From: the human T2T-CHM13v2.0 reference genome, Homo sapiens
Assembly: GCF_009914755.1 (NCBI RefSeq)
Contig: NC_060935.1
Direction: 5' to 3' (one strand)
Length of the DNA: 64,000 nt
In this document: positions 15,992 through 33,699 of the stretch, in pieces
How positions within the stretch are numbered: position 1 is the stretch's first letter
Layout: each line of letters opens with the position of its first letter
Program-made: the position numbers and the translations under genes
Notes under the pieces: generated by a model
Database searches by the model: none
Seen by the model: only the letters and a program-made list of their open reading frames with translations
Told to the model about the DNA's origin: nothing

Positions 15992-16155
15992 TAGAATAGG
16001 TGTTGGAAAGGACAGGGAGCATCTAGCTAAAATATCTTACTTTATAAGAGAAAAGACAGATTTCCCCAAGAGCATTAGCTAATCAAAGGCAAAGCAGGAA
16101 TTTGGAGGAATATTTTGGGGTTTCTAATTTAGCGTTCATTCCACTGTATCCAGCA
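15992..16155 (-). mobile_element. MIR3/MIRc relic
   Basis: 'gttggaaaggac...catctagctaa...ggcaaagcaggaattt...ttccactgtatcca'. Confidence 0.45.
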
Positions 16156-16865
16156 ATCTTATTTTTTCTAGCCCCAAAAGGGAAATTTTAATTTTAGTTT
16201 TCCTTTAATCATTTTTGAAATAAAATAAATTAATAAAATAGGGAAGCATTTAATTCTAGGTGATATCATGTTTTGCATTACGCTGAAATAATTGCTGACT
16301 TTAGGTGTGTAGGTATTTCTTCTCTCAGATTACTTATGTCATAATAACAAATATCGTAACATATCTCCATGAAACAAAATGCACTTAAATTCAATGATAT
16401 TCTGTCACAACCACTCTTAAGAAATTACTCCATGAAGCTTTTAGCTTTAATCATTCAAGAACTCTACTAGAAAGAAATAATTAACGACCCCGTTGCAAGG
16501 TGTTAAGACACTGTCAAAAATGTTAAGCTCTGATTAATTGCTTTTTTATTTGAGTAGACATGAGATGCTCTTATGCTTTCCCAGCATGTAAAATGTCTCC
16601 TCAGAAGTAAAATAAAGCCATCATAAAAATAAACACGTTCTTATATGTCCAAGGCCTTTTAAAAATAAACACATAAGAGATGCTAAATACTGAAAGATGG
16701 CTGTCACCTAAGAAGAGGGTGGAGGCCATTCCTATATCAAAGTGGTAGTGGGTAGTGTCAAAGCATTCAAGTGGTGATTTAAAATGTAGCCACTTGAATC
16801 GTATTACAAACCCATACTATTTACGTTTGACTCTTGGCTCTCTACTTATGATCTGGATGATTCTG

Positions 16866-17578
16866 TGTTACCGGTGGAAGGTATCCAAATTACCCTGTGT
16901 TACCGGTGGCATATCCATGTGGGTGTGCAGCAACTTCAGTTCTTGCCTCCTCAGAAGACAGAATTCGACTGAGGGGTATAAGGCAGAGAAAGACACCAAG
17001 ACACTAAAGCAAGTTTCAGAGCAGGAGCAGTTTATTTTAAAAGGCTTTCGAACAGGAAAGAAAGGAAAGTTCACTTAAGAGATCCAAGTGGGCTCCTGAA
17101 GATCAAAGAGAGCCTTTGACCTTGATCCTAGGGCTTTATAGGCTTGGGTCTTTCCCATGATTCTTCCCTTAGCTTGGGCTTCCCGCATGCGCAGTGCCCT
17201 CCTTACCCTTGGGAAGTGAGCACGCGCAGTGCGTTTAGGAAGTTGTACGCATACCCAACTGAAGCTTTCTTCCCTTCTCCAGTGGAGTGCACCTGGTAGG
17301 TCGTTTTTTGCCATTTCATCTCTTAACACACATTCCCAGAAAGTTTATTCTCGCTGGCATCTGCAATTCAATTAGTTCTTTAGTGTTGATAGCTGTGGAT
17401 TTGATAGCTGTGGATGGTCAGGAGATTGTCTTCTCCCTGGCGCCCAGGCACTGGCTGCCAAATTATTATTTTTAGAGAGCAGTGTGATAATCGTCAAACC
17501 ATCACCTGATACTCCTAGTGAGTAGGGGGAGAAGAGGCCTCTCCTGCCCCACTCATGCCAATCTAACTACCTGTAACA
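16866..17578 (-). mobile_element. MER50-family ERV1 solo LTR, inserted in a MIR
   Basis: TG...CA termini; reverse complement starts TGTTACAGGTAGTTAGA..GGCATGAG.GGGGCAGGAGAGG; 4-bp TSD tctg/tttg; MIR halves on either side. Confidence 0.88.
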
Positions 17579-17735
17579 TTTGCACAGGTGAAATAATCTC
17601 TCTCTACTTAACTTGTCCCATCTGTATAATGTGACTAATAATGGCATCAGTTACTATTAGGGCTTCTGTGAGAGCTAAATATGCTTGCTAAAAAATGAAA
17701 GAATAGCATAAAGCAAGCAATCAATAAATTTGACA
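17579..17735 (+). mobile_element. MIR right half (left half at ~16826-16865)
   Basis: 'aatctctct...cccatctgtataatgtgactaataatg...ttctgtgagagctaaat'. Confidence 0.6.
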
Positions 17736-18249
17736 TATGCTGCAATGACAATTATAAACTCCCTTTCCTCTCTGATCCATTCCTATGTAGATTACCTAGA
17801 GAGGTCTGATCTTAGCAACAGATGAATGGGACATTGGCCAAAACCAATTTTCATATTTTAAAAGTCAATTATGGATTGTTTTATGTAAAAATATAGCAAG
17901 GCATTTGATTAAATTGGAAGTGAAGGTTTTAATCCGTTTTCTAGTCACATTTGCACCCTTAAATTCCATGTTTCTGAGACACTTTAAACCATTGACAAAT
18001 TAAAAATATTACAATAAAAGACACAATTCTAACTCAAATATAAAATGCCTTGGCTAAAATATCTATTCCAGAGTTAAAACTATTGGCTAGCTTTGGGCTT
18101 AAATAGAAAAATCACAATTCATGATGCATCTTGAATTAAATAGAATATAGTTTAAATTTGGCAACAATTTAATTCTATTTGCAAATATTTCCTGTATCAT
18201 TATACTCATTTAACAGCGACTCCAAAGCATAGGTGGAGATTAGTGTTTT

Positions 18250-18505
18250 CAGCCAACTAACGAAGCATTTATTGACCTGCTGCTGAGTACTGATTAATAT
18301 CCTAGGAGCTAAGGTGTATCTTTAAGTTTCTCATTTACTTCTATTTTTTAAAATATACTGTCTGAAATAGAAAATTAGTAAGTCATATAAATTCAATTGA
18401 ACAAACATTTATAATACCTAGCACTATGCTAGATGGGTAAGGGGAAAGTAAGATGATTGAAATAGGATGTCTTTCCTTAAAAATAATACAAATTTGCCGG
18501 GGAGT
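18250..18505 (-). mobile_element. L2 3'-end relics
   Basis: 'aagcatttattgacctgct' and 'caacaaacatttt...agcactatgctagatg' style motifs. Confidence 0.45.
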
Positions 18506-18514
18506 TATTTATAA

Positions 18515-18682
18515 TCATAATAATTGATAGATGTTACATGTTGTAGTAAGTACTTTATATGTGTTGTCTCGATTCATTTTCACAACCACCCTATAGCTAG
18601 GTACTAACCTAACTCATAGTAAGAAAATTGTATCTTAAAGAGGTTGAGGGACTTTCTCAAGGTTACATGATAAAGGCTGGGA
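18515..18682 (-). mobile_element. MIR
   Basis: 'aagtactttatatgtgttgtctc...tcacaaccaccctat...agaggttgagggactttctcaaggttacat'. Confidence 0.65.
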
Positions 18683-18849
18683 GAGGTTAATCACTCATTT
18701 GCATCACCACGGGTGGAGCCTCATTGTTCTACCTCTGCGTAGGCCTCTGAAATCTCCAACAAAAATAGCTCTAGGCTTCTGCAACTAGACACAATATTCC
18801 TTCAGGAGCTTCACACATTCTCTCCTTCCTTACAAATTTTAGTATATAT

Positions 18850-19181
18850 AGCCAGGCACAGTGGCTACTCCAGAGCCTGAAGAGCAGGCTTTCGAGGCCA
18901 GCCTAGGGAAGATAGCAAGATCCATCTGTATAAAAAAAAAGAAAAGAAAAGAAAATTAGCTGGGCATGGTGGTGTGTGCCTGTAGTCCTAGCTACGATGG
19001 AGGCTGAGGCAAGAGGATAGCTTAAGCCCAAGAGTTCAAGAGTTCAAGTTTAAGAGTTCAAGTTCACTGTACTTGAACTCTTGAACTCTTGGCCTTAACC
19101 TATCCTCTTGCCTCAGTGATCATGCCACTGCACTCCACCTTGGGTGACAGAGTGAGACACTGTTTCTGGAAAAAAAAAAAA
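18850..19181 (+). mobile_element. AluJ with a deleted left arm and an internal inverted duplication
   Basis: Alu motifs with J-type 'gaggatagcttaagcccaagagttc'; A-rich linker and tail; 46-bp inverted repeat inside the right arm. Confidence 0.9.
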
Positions 19182-21703
19182 TCAAATCCATTATATTTTA
19201 ATAAAAATATTCTATGAATAATAGCTCTACTTTCTAAATAAAAATAATTGATAAAAAGATATAATTTTTAAACACCATCTAAATTTATATCATTTTGAGA
19301 GGTTATTTGTCTACTAAGTTTTTAAAAAACTAACAGATACAATTGTATGAATTTATATGTAACACTAGATGTTTTGTAGTATATATACATTGTGAAATGA
19401 CTAAATGTAGCTGTTATAATTAACATTTGTATTGCCTCACATAGTTATCATTTTTGTGATAAAAAAACTTAGTATCCACTCGACATTTTTTAATTTTTAG
19501 TTTTTAATTTTTATGGGTACATAGTAGTTGTACATGAGATGTTTTGATGCAGGCATGCAATACATAATAATCACATTATGGACAATGAGGTATTCATCCC
19601 CTCAAGCATTTATCCTTTATGCTACAAATAATTCAACTTTACACTTTTAGTTATTTTAAAATGTACAATTAAATTATTATTGACTCTAATCATTCCATTC
19701 TCCTATCAAATAGTGGACTTTATCACTCTTTCTATTTTTTTGTTGTACCCATAACCATTTCCACCTTTCACCCCACATGGACTACCCTTCCAAACCTCTG
19801 TTAACCATCCTTCTACTCTTTATTTCCATAAATTCAGCTGTTTTGATTTTTAGATTCCACAAATAAGTGAGAACATGCAATAGTTGTCTTTCTGTGCCTG
19901 GTCTATTTCAGTTGACAGAATGATCTTTAGTTCCATCTATGTTGCAAATGACAGGATCTCGTTTGTCTTTATGGTTGAATAGTACTCCTTTGTGTACATG
20001 TACCACACTTTCTTTATTCATTCATCTGTTGGATGGACTTTAGGTTGTTTCCAAATATTGGCCATCATCAACAGTGCTGCAACAAACGTGGGAGTACAGA
20101 TATATCTTCTATATACTGATTTCCTTTCTTTTGAGCGTATACACAGCAGTAGGATTGCTGGATCATGTGGTAGCTCTATATTTAGTTTTTTGAAGAACTT
20201 CCTAACAGTTCTTTGTAGCTTGTACTAATTTACATTTCCAGCAACAGTGTACAAGGGTTCCCTTTTCTCCACATCCTCAGCAGCATTTTTTATGGTCTGG
20301 CTTTTGGATAGAAGCCATTTTAACTAGGGGGAGGTGATAGCTCATTGTAGTTTTGATTTGCATTTATCTGAAGATCAGTGATGTTGAGCACCTTTTCGTA
20401 TTCCTGTTTGCCATTTGTATGTCTTCTTTTGAGAAATGTCTAATCAAATATTTTACCTATTTTTAATTGGATTTTTTTTTCATTTAGAGTTGTTTGAGCT
20501 CCTTGTGTATTCTGGTTATTAATACCTTGTCAGATGGGTAGATTGCAAATATTTTCTTCCATTTTGTGGGTTGTCTCTTCACTTTGTGTATTATACCCTC
20601 TTCTGTGCAGAAGCTTTTTAACTTGATGTGATTCCATTTGTCCACTTTTGTTTGGTTGCCTGTGCTTGTAGAGTATTACTTAAAAAATGCTTGTCCAGAC
20701 CAATGTCCTAGAGAGTCTCCCAAAGTTTTATTATAGTAGTTTTATAGTTTGAGGTCTTAAATTTAAGTCATTAATCTATTTTGATTTTATTGTTGTATAT
20801 GGTGAGAGATAGACATCTAGTTTCATTTTTCTGCATACGGATCTCCAGTTTTCCCAATGCCATTTGTTACAGAGACTGCCTTTTTTTCCAGTGTATAAAC
20901 TTGGCACCTTTGTCAAAAATGAGTTCACTGTAGGTGTGTTGATTTGTTTCTTGGTTCTCTATTCTGTTCCATTGGTCTATGTGTCTGTTTTTATGCCAGT
21001 ACCATTCTGTTTTAGTCACTATATCTCTGAGGTGTAACTTGAAGTCAGGTAATGTGATTTCTCCAGTTTTGTTCTTTTTGCCTAGGATAGCTTTGGCTAT
21101 TCTGGGTCATTTGTGGTTCTATATGAATTTTATGGCTTTTTTTTCTATTTCTGTGAGAACTATCATCAGTATTTTGGTAGAGATTGCACTGAATCTGTAG
21201 ATTTCTTTGGGTAGTATGAACATTTTAACAATAATGATTCTTCCAATCCATGAACATTGAGTATCTTTTTTATTTTTGGTGTCCTCTTCAACTTATTTCA
21301 TTAACGTTTTATGGTGTAATTATAGAGATATTTTACTTCTTTGGTCAATTTAATTCCTAAGTATTAAATTTTATTGACGGCTATTGTAAATGGGATTACT
21401 TTTTAAAAATTTCTTTTTCAGATTGTTAAATGTTAACATTTAGAAATGCTATGGATTTTTGTATATGCGTTTTGTATCTTGAAACTTTACTGAATTTGTT
21501 TGTCAGTTCAAATAGCTTTTTTAGGTGGAGTCTCTAGGTTTTTCCAAATATGAAATCATATTATCTGTAAACTAGGCTAATTTGACTTCTTCATTCCAGT
21601 TTGGAAGCCCTTTACTTCTTTCTCTTGTCTGATTGCTCCGAGCATCCTTGTGGTGTTCCAGACCTTAGAGGAACATTTTTAGTTTTTCCCCATTGAGTAT
21701 ATT

Positions 21704-22093
<390 letters not shown>

Positions 22094-23532
22094 TTATCAA
22101 ATGATTTTTCAACATTAGTTGAGATGATCCTATAGATTTTGTTCTTCATTCTGTTCAGTATGATGTATCACATTGATTTAACTACAAATGTTGACTTGCA
22201 TCCCAAGGATAAATTCCACTTGGTCAGAATGAATGATCTTTTGTCATGTCGTTGAATTTGGTTTGCTAATATTTTCTTGAGGATTTTTGCATTGATGTTC
22301 ATGAGAGATATTAGCCTATAGTTTTCTTTTTTTGGTGGGTGTTTGTCTGGTTTTGACATCAAGGTAGTACTGACCTCATAGAATGAGTGTGAAAGTTCGC
22401 CCTTCTCCTCTATTTTTTGAAATAGCTTCAGTGGGATTGGTATTAATTCTTTAAATGTTTAGTAGAATTTAGCAGTAAAGCCATTGGATTCTGGGCTTTT
22501 CTTCACTTTGGGACTTTTTATTATGGCTTCTATCTTGCCACTTGTTATTGGTCTGTTCAGGTTTTTAATTTCTTCATGGATCCATCTTGGTAGATAGTAT
22601 GTGTCTTGGCATTTGTTTATTTCTCCTAGATTTTTCAGTTTATTGGGCATGTGGTTTCTCATAGTAGTCACTAACAATCCTTTGAATTTCTGCAGTATCA
22701 GTTGTAATGGCTCCTTTTTCATCTCTGATTTTCTTTGTTTGGGTTTTATGTCTTTCTTTTTAGTTAATGTTGCTAAAGTTTTGTCAATTTCGTTTAACTT
22801 TTCAAAAAACTGAGTTTTTGTTTCCTTTATCTTTTGTATTGTTTCCTTCATTTCAATTTTATTTATTTCTGTTCTGATCTTGATTATTTATTTTCTACCA
22901 GTAATTTGGAGTTTGGTTCACTCTCGCTTTTCTCATTCTTTAAGATGTATCGTTAGATTGTTTATTGTTTTTCTTCTTTTTTGATGTAGGCACTTGTATC
23001 CATAAACTTCCCTCTTAGTACTACACTTGCTGTATCCCACAGGTTTTGGTATGTTGTGTATCATGTGATTTGTTCCAAGAAATTTTTCAATTTCCTTCTT
23101 AATTTCTCCATTGACCCAGTGGTCATTCAAGAGCATATGGTTTAATTTCCATATATTTGTATCACTGGTCATTCAGGAGCATATCGTTTAATTTCCATGT
23201 ATTTGTATCATTTCCAAATTTCTTCTTGTTATATTGATTAATAGCTTTATTCTGTTGTGGTCAGAGAAGATGTTTAATATTATTTCAATTTTTGAATATT
23301 TTAAGACTTTCTTTGTGACCTAACATATGGTCTATTTTTGATAATAATCGACACGTTGAGGAGAAGAATGTGTATTGTGTAGCCATTGAATAAAATGTTC
23401 TATAAATATCTATCATATCAATTTGGTCTATAGTGCATATTAAGTCAAATGTTTGTTGATTTTCTGTCTGAAAGATCTGTCCAATGCTGAATATGAGATG
23501 CTGAAGTCTTCAGCTATTATTGTACTAAGGTC

Positions 23533-23914
23533 TGATATGGTTTGACTCTGTCCTCAACCAAATCTCATGTTGAATTTTAATCCCCAGTGTTGGGTTAGGG
23601 ACCTGGTGGGAGGTGATTGGATCATGGGGACAGATTTTACCTTTGATGTTCTTGTGATAGTGAGTGAGTTCTTATGAGATCTGATTGTTTGAAAGTATGC
23701 AGCACTTCCCTCATCACTCTCTCTCTCTTCTGCCACCATGTGAAAACGTACCTGCTTCCCCTTCACCTTCTGCCATGATTGTAAGTTTCCTGAGGCCTTC
23801 CCAGCCATGCCTCCTGTACAGCCTGTGAAACGGTGGATCAATTAAAACTTTTTTCTTCATAAATTACCCAATATCAGGTAGTTATTCACAGCAGTGTAAG
23901 AATGGACTAATACA
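23533..23914 (+). mobile_element. MSTA/THE1D MaLR solo LTR
   Basis: TGATATGGTTTG...GGACTAATACA termini; degenerate 5-bp TSD aggtc/gggtg. Confidence 0.92.
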
Positions 23915-25404
23915 GGGTGCATCTCTCTTTTTAACTCTAATAATATTCGCTTTATATGTCAGAGTGTTCCACTGTTGGGGCATATATATTTAAAATTGTA
24001 TCCTCTTGCTGAATTGACCCCTTTATCATAATATAGTGACCTTCTTTGTCTCATCTTATGGTTTTTGTCTTGATATCTATATTGTCTGATGTAAGTATAG
24101 CTGCTTTTGCTCTTTTTTGGTTTCCATTGGCATAGAATATCTTTTTCCATCCCTTTATTTTTATTCTATATGTGTCTCTATCGGTTAAGGATGTTTCCTG
24201 TAGGGAACAGATTAATAGGTCTTTCTTTTTCTTCAGTAAGCCATTCTATGTCTTTTGATTGGAGAATTTAGTCCATTTACATTCAATATAATTATTGATA
24301 AGTAAGAACTTACTCCTTCCAATTTTTTGTTTTCTGGTTGCTTTGTAGTCCTTTCTTTCTGTCTCTTCCCTTACTTTTCTCCTTGCTCTCTCGCTTCCTT
24401 GCTTTCTTTCCTATCTTCCTTTTAGTGAAGGTGTTTTCCTCTGGTGATATGATTTATTTTCTTGCTTTTTTTGTGTGTATCTGTTATGTTTTGAGGTTAC
24501 CATGAGGGTTGCAAATACTATCGTATAACCCATTATTTTAAGCCAATAACAACTTACAACTGTTTCCATAAACAAAAAAGCGGAAAGAAAACTAATAAAG
24601 ACTCTCTGCCTTAACTTTATCTTCTACTTTTAAACTTGCTGTTGTTTTTGTTTATATCTTCCTATATTGTCTATGTCTTAAAAAGTTGTCGTAGTTATTA
24701 TTTTTGATTGCTTTATCTTTTAGTCTTTCTACTTATGATAAGAGTAATCTACATACCACGGTCAAAGTGTCACAGTATTCTGTGATTTCATGTGTACTTA
24801 CCACCTGTGTGTTTGAAGGATATTTTTGCTGGATACATTATTGTAGGATAAAAGTATTTTTTCCTCAGCACTTTAAATATGTAATGCCACTCTCACCTGG
24901 CCTTTAAGGTTTCCACTGAAAAGTTTGTTGCCAGACATATTAGAGGTCTTTGTATGTAATTTGTGTTTTTTCTCTTACTGCATTTGGGATCCTTTGTTTG
25001 TTCTTGATCTCTGAGAGTTTGATTACTACATGCCTTGAGGTAGTTTTCATTGTGTTAAATCTACTTTATGTTTTATAATTGTCTTGCACTTGCACTATAA
25101 GATTGCTGATATCTTTCCTTAGGTTTGGGAAGTTCTATGTTATTATCCCTCTGAGTAATCTTTCTACCCTTGTTTCTTTCTCTACCTCCTCTTTAAGACC
25201 AATAAGTCTTAGATTTGCCCCTTTAAAGCTATTTTCTAAATCCTGCAGATGTGCTTTTTTTTTTATTCTTCTTTCTTTAGTCACCTTTGACTGTGTGTTT
25301 GCAAATAGCCTGTCTTCATGCTTACCAATCTGTTCTTCTCCTTTATCAATTCTGCTATTAAAAGATTCTGATGCATTCTTTCCAGGATGTCAATTGCGTT
25401 TTTC

Positions 25405-28574
<3,170 letters not shown>

Positions 28575-31500
28575 AGCCTCCACAGCTGGGAATGTGCTGA
28601 GTCTCGTCTAAAGCCAACAAGTCTCAGTGTCTCACCCAAGGCACTCAAGAATGCACCTGAGTGTTGCTGTGGGTTATTCAGGACCCAAGGACTTTTCAGT
28701 TAGCAAGTGATGACTACTGCCAGAACTGGGTCCTTCTCTTCAAGGCAGCACATTCCTTGCTGGCCCATCATGTGTCTACAATATTCATGAGCTAGGGCCT
28801 GGAAAGGAGAATGCGCAACTCTGCCTCATGCTCTATTATGTTGTGGCTGAGCTAGTATCCAACATGCAAGACAAAGTCCTCTCCTCTCTTCCATCTACTT
28901 TTCTCAAGTGAAAGGAAGGGATCCTTTTTGGAGCCATGAATTGTGCACCCTGAGTTAGGGTAGGGGCGGTGCTAGCACTCCCTTAGCTGCTCCAGGTAGT
29001 ATCTCAGTAGTTCACCTGTTCCCCCAATTCCACTGGCTCTGGGCCAAATTCATCACCATGACTCACCAGAAGTTGCAGTCTTTGTGTCCTAGAGTGTCTT
29101 TTAAGTTTATTGTGGCCCTAGAGCACTTTAGCCAGAGGTAGCGGGACTTTTAGGATCTCAAATTGTGACCACTGGGATCAGAGATACCCCTCTGACTTGG
29201 GCAGATGGGTTTAAATACTCCTACTGTGGGCAAATGTTAGCTGAGTTTTGTCTGTTTTCCCTACAGGGCAGCACTGAGTTCAATGCCTCACAGTTTTTGC
29301 CTCTTCCTCTCCCCAAAGCACAGAAACTCTCTCTGTACCACGTACCTGCTGCCAGAAGCTGGGAAGGAGTGGTGCTGGTGATTCAAAACTGATTTTCCTG
29401 CCTCTTCGATGCCTCTTTTAGTGACATACAGTTAAGACCAGGCACTGTGAGTACTCAGCTGATTTTTGGTCTTTATGAAGGTGCTTTGTTATGTGTGTAG
29501 ATAGTTGTTAAATTGGTGTCCTTGCTGGGGGAAGATCAGTGTAGCCTTTTTTCCGGCCATCTTGTTCCACCCTTTGGTCTACTCTTTTGGCATTTTTTAA
29601 GAATACAGTATGTTGTTTTTAACCATAGTCATCATATTGCACAATAGATCTCTTGAACTTATTGTTCCTAATTAACTGAAATTTTGTATCCTTTACCAAC
29701 ATCACCCCATCCCCTTCCCCCAGCTCTTAGTAAGCCCCATCTACTCTCTACCTATATTGGATCAGCTTTTTTAGATTCCACATAAGTGTGAGATCATCCA
29801 GTATTTGTCTTTCTGTACCTGACATATTTCCCAACAAATAATGTCCTTTAGGTTCCACATGTTATCACATATGGGGGGAATTCCTTCTCTTTTAGCAGAA
29901 TAATATTTTATTGTACATACATGCTACATTTTCTTTATTCATTCATCCATTGATAGCTACTTAAGTTGATTTCATATACTGAGTACTGTGATTAATGCTG
30001 CAGTAAAAATGGTAATGCAGATCTCTTTTTAAAATAATGATTCATTTCCTTTGGATTCAAATATAGTAGTGAGATCACAGATTCACATTATTGTTCTATT
30101 TTTAATTTGGTGAGGAGTCTCCATACTGTTTTCCGTAATAGCTGTACTAATTTGCATTTCCACCAAAAGTGTGAAGAATTACTTTTTTTCCACATCCTTG
30201 TCTACACTTACTCTCTTTTGTTATTTTTTAAGCATGAAAGCCCTCCTAACAGGTGTGATGTAATATTCTACAGGTTTAATTTTAATTTTGCTGATAATTA
30301 GTTATGTTGAGCACCTTTTGCTACAGTTAGTGGCCATTTGTGTTTTCTTTGGAGAAGAGTTCATTAATTTTATTCATTCCATTTGCTCATTTTAAAAACT
30401 GAATTATTTCCTTTTTTGTCTCCTGTACTGTGAGAGTCCCTTATGTTGGATATTAACCCTTTATCAGATCAATGGTTTAAAAAAATTTCATTCCATTTCA
30501 TAGGTTGTCTTTTCACTCTGTTGATTTTTTTTTTCTTTTTTTTTTGTGCGGGAGCTTTCTATTTGATGTAGTCCCACTTGTCTATTTTTGTATTTATTGC
30601 CATTGCTTTTGGTATCATATCCAAAAGATTATTGCCAGGCCAATGCCACAGACCTTTTCCCCTATTTTTTCCTTGTAGTAGTTTTATACTTTCAGGTTTT
30701 ACATTTAATTTTATGATCCATTTTTAGTTGATTTTTGTATATGGTGTGAGATTATGTCTGTTTTTATTCTTCTACATCTAGATATACAGTTTTTCCAACT
30801 CCATTTATTGAAAAGACTCTTCTTTCTCCATTTTGTAATCCTGGCACCTTTGTTTCAAACCAGTTGGCTATAAATTTATGGATTTATTCCTGGGCTATCC
30901 CTTCTGTTTTCTTGGTCTGTGTTTCAGTTTTGAAGCCAGTATTTGATGATATTCTGGTTATGATAGCTTTGTAGTATATTTTGAAGTCAGGTAGTGTGAT
31001 GCATCCAGATTATTCTTTTTGCTCAAGATTACTTTACCTATTCAAGGTCTTTGTGGTTCCATAAGAATTTTAGAATGTATTTTTATATTTCTGTGAAGAA
31101 TGTCATTGGCAATTTGATGTAATTGCATTAAATCTGTAGATCACTTTGTGTAATATGGAAATTTTAACAATACTAGTTTTTTTTCAATTTCTGAACATGA
31201 AATGTCTTCTCATTCGTGTCTTCAATTTCTTTCATCATAGTTTTATAGTTTTCAAGATAAATATTTTTCACCTTCTCAGTTAAATTTATTCCTAGTTTTT
31301 TTGTAGCTATTGTTAAGGAGATAGTTTTCTTGAATTAGTTTTCAGATAGTTTGCTGTTAGTGTATTAAAACACTGCTGATTTTTTGTGTGTTGATATTGT
31401 AGCCTATAACTTTACTGGATTCTTTATTAGTTCTAACAGGTTTTTCTGGTGTGTGTGTGTGGAGTCCCCAGGATTTTCTATATATAAGATCACATCATCA

Positions 31501-33169
31501 GTAAACAGAAACAATTCTACCTCTTTTTTTTTTCTATTAGAATGTCTCTTATTTCTTTCTCTTGATTAATTGCTCTGGGTAGAACTTTCAGTATTATGTT
31601 GAAAAGAATTGGTAAGAGTGGGTATCCTTATATCATTTCTGACCTTAAGGAAAAGCTTTCAACTTTTGAGTGTTGAGAATTTTCACTATGGATTTGTTAT
31701 ATATGGCCTTTATTGTGTTTAGTAACATTTCCTCTGTACCTAATCTGTTGAGAGTTTTATTGTGGAAGAATGCTGAATTTTGTCAAATGATTTTTCTGTA
31801 TTTACTGAAATGATGATATGGGTTTTGTAGTTCATTATGTTAATGTGATGTATTGTATTTATTATTTTGTATATTTTGAACCACCCTTGCATTCTTGGAA
31901 TGGATTCCACTTGATCACTGTGAATGATATTTTTAATGTGTTGTTAAATTTGGTTTGCTAGTATTTAGTTGAAAAATTTTGCACTGATGTTCATCAGGGT
32001 GTTGTCTTATAGTTTTCCTTATTTATAGTATCCTTTTCTGGCTTTCACATTAGGGTGAGACTGGTCTTATAAAATGCCTTTGGAAGTATTCTCTCTCCTT
32101 CAATTTTTTTTGAAATAATTTGAAAATAATTAGCAAAAGTTTTTTTTTTTTTTAAATGTTTGGTAGAATTCAGCAGTAACGCCATCAGGTTCTGGGCTTT
32201 TTTTTAATGAGATATATTTTATTACCATTTCAATGTACTTATTCATTATTGTTCTTTGCAGACTTTCTATTTCATCATAATTTAATCTTGGTAGGTTGTA
32301 TATGTCAATAAATATATCAGTTTCTTCTGGATTATCTGTATTGTTGCTATATACTTTTTTGTAATAGTCTTTTAAGATCCTCTGTATTTTTGTTGTATAA
32401 GTTGTAATGTATTCTTGATAATTTCTGATTTTTTATGTCTTCTCTCCTTTCCTTATTTAGTCTAGCTTTCAGTTTGTTGATTTTATCTTTTTATAAAAAC
32501 AACTCTCTGTATTTCCATTGCTATTATAATCTCTATTTTATTAATTTCTGTTCTAATTTTTATGATTTCCTTCCTTCCATTAAGTTTGGGCTTAGCTTAT
32601 TCTTGTTCTTTCTAGTTCCTTGAGGTGCAACATTAGGTTGTTTATTTGAGATGTTTCATTTTTTTGGATGTGTTTATTGCTATAAAGTTCCTTTTTAGAA
32701 GATTCGTATGTTTCCATTTTCATTTGCCTCAAGAGTTTTTTAACTTCCCTTTTAATCTCTTTATTGAGTCAGTGGTTGTTCAGTAGTTTACTGTTCATTT
32801 TCCATGTATTTGTCAAATTTCTAAAGTGTCTTTTGTTATTATTTCTAGTTTGATACCATTGTGGTCAGAAAAGATACTTGATAAAATTTCAGCCTCATTA
32901 AATTTGTTAAGACTTGCTTTGTGGCCTAACGTCTGATCTCTCCTGGAGAATGTTCCATGAAGAATTGAGAAGAATGTGTAATCTGCAGCTGCTAGATGGA
33001 ATGTTAGGTCCATTCAGTCTCGAGTGTAGTTTGTTTGATGTTTCTTTGCTGATGTTCTCTCTGGATGGTATATCCATTAATGAAAATGGGTTTTTGAAGT
33101 CCTCTACTATTATCTCTTCCTTCAGTTCTATTAACATTTGCTTTATATTTGTAGTTGCTCCAATGTAGG

Positions 33170-33345
33170 CTTATCTCATTTAGAAAATGCCAACATGCTT
33201 TCATTGGCCTACAAAGCCCACACAACCTAGTTTTATGCTGACTCTCTGGACTTATTCTTTCCTAGATTTTCCCTTATTCACTCTGCTCTATCCACATGGG
33301 ATTTCTTTCTGGTCCTTGAATGCCATATTGCATGCTCAGGAGTCT
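33170..33345 (+). mobile_element. L2a fragment
   Basis: 'tggcctacaaagccc...ttattcactctgctctatccacatgg...tctggtccttgaatg'. Confidence 0.65.
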
Positions 33346-33699
33346 GAACATATTTTATAAGCAATGTGAAACAAAATTTTTGCTTCACATCATTTCTTCA
33401 AGCAGGGCAATCCTTGTTTTCTTGGAGTCTGCTCAATCCTGAGAAGTTGAGGCAACATCTAAAATTTGACATAGTGGTTCCAATAATTTAAAACTTTATA
33501 TTTCCTTCAAAGAACATTTTTATCATTCAGTGGATTTCAGTATCAGTTAGAGTCACTGAGCTGAGTTTTGGGTAGTTAAAGTTACAATGAGATAATTTTA
33601 TTGAATACTGTACACCAAAAATATAAAAGTGTTTGAAGAGTAGTACAGAGAATGAAGGCTGCAGGAATTAACTTAAAAAACAAGTGAATATGTGCTAGA

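Noticed and set aside
16863-16909. 15-bp direct repeat ctgtgttaccggtgg at the LTR end
   Set aside because: MER50 LTR ends carry a natural internal repeat of this motif; at most a small local slippage
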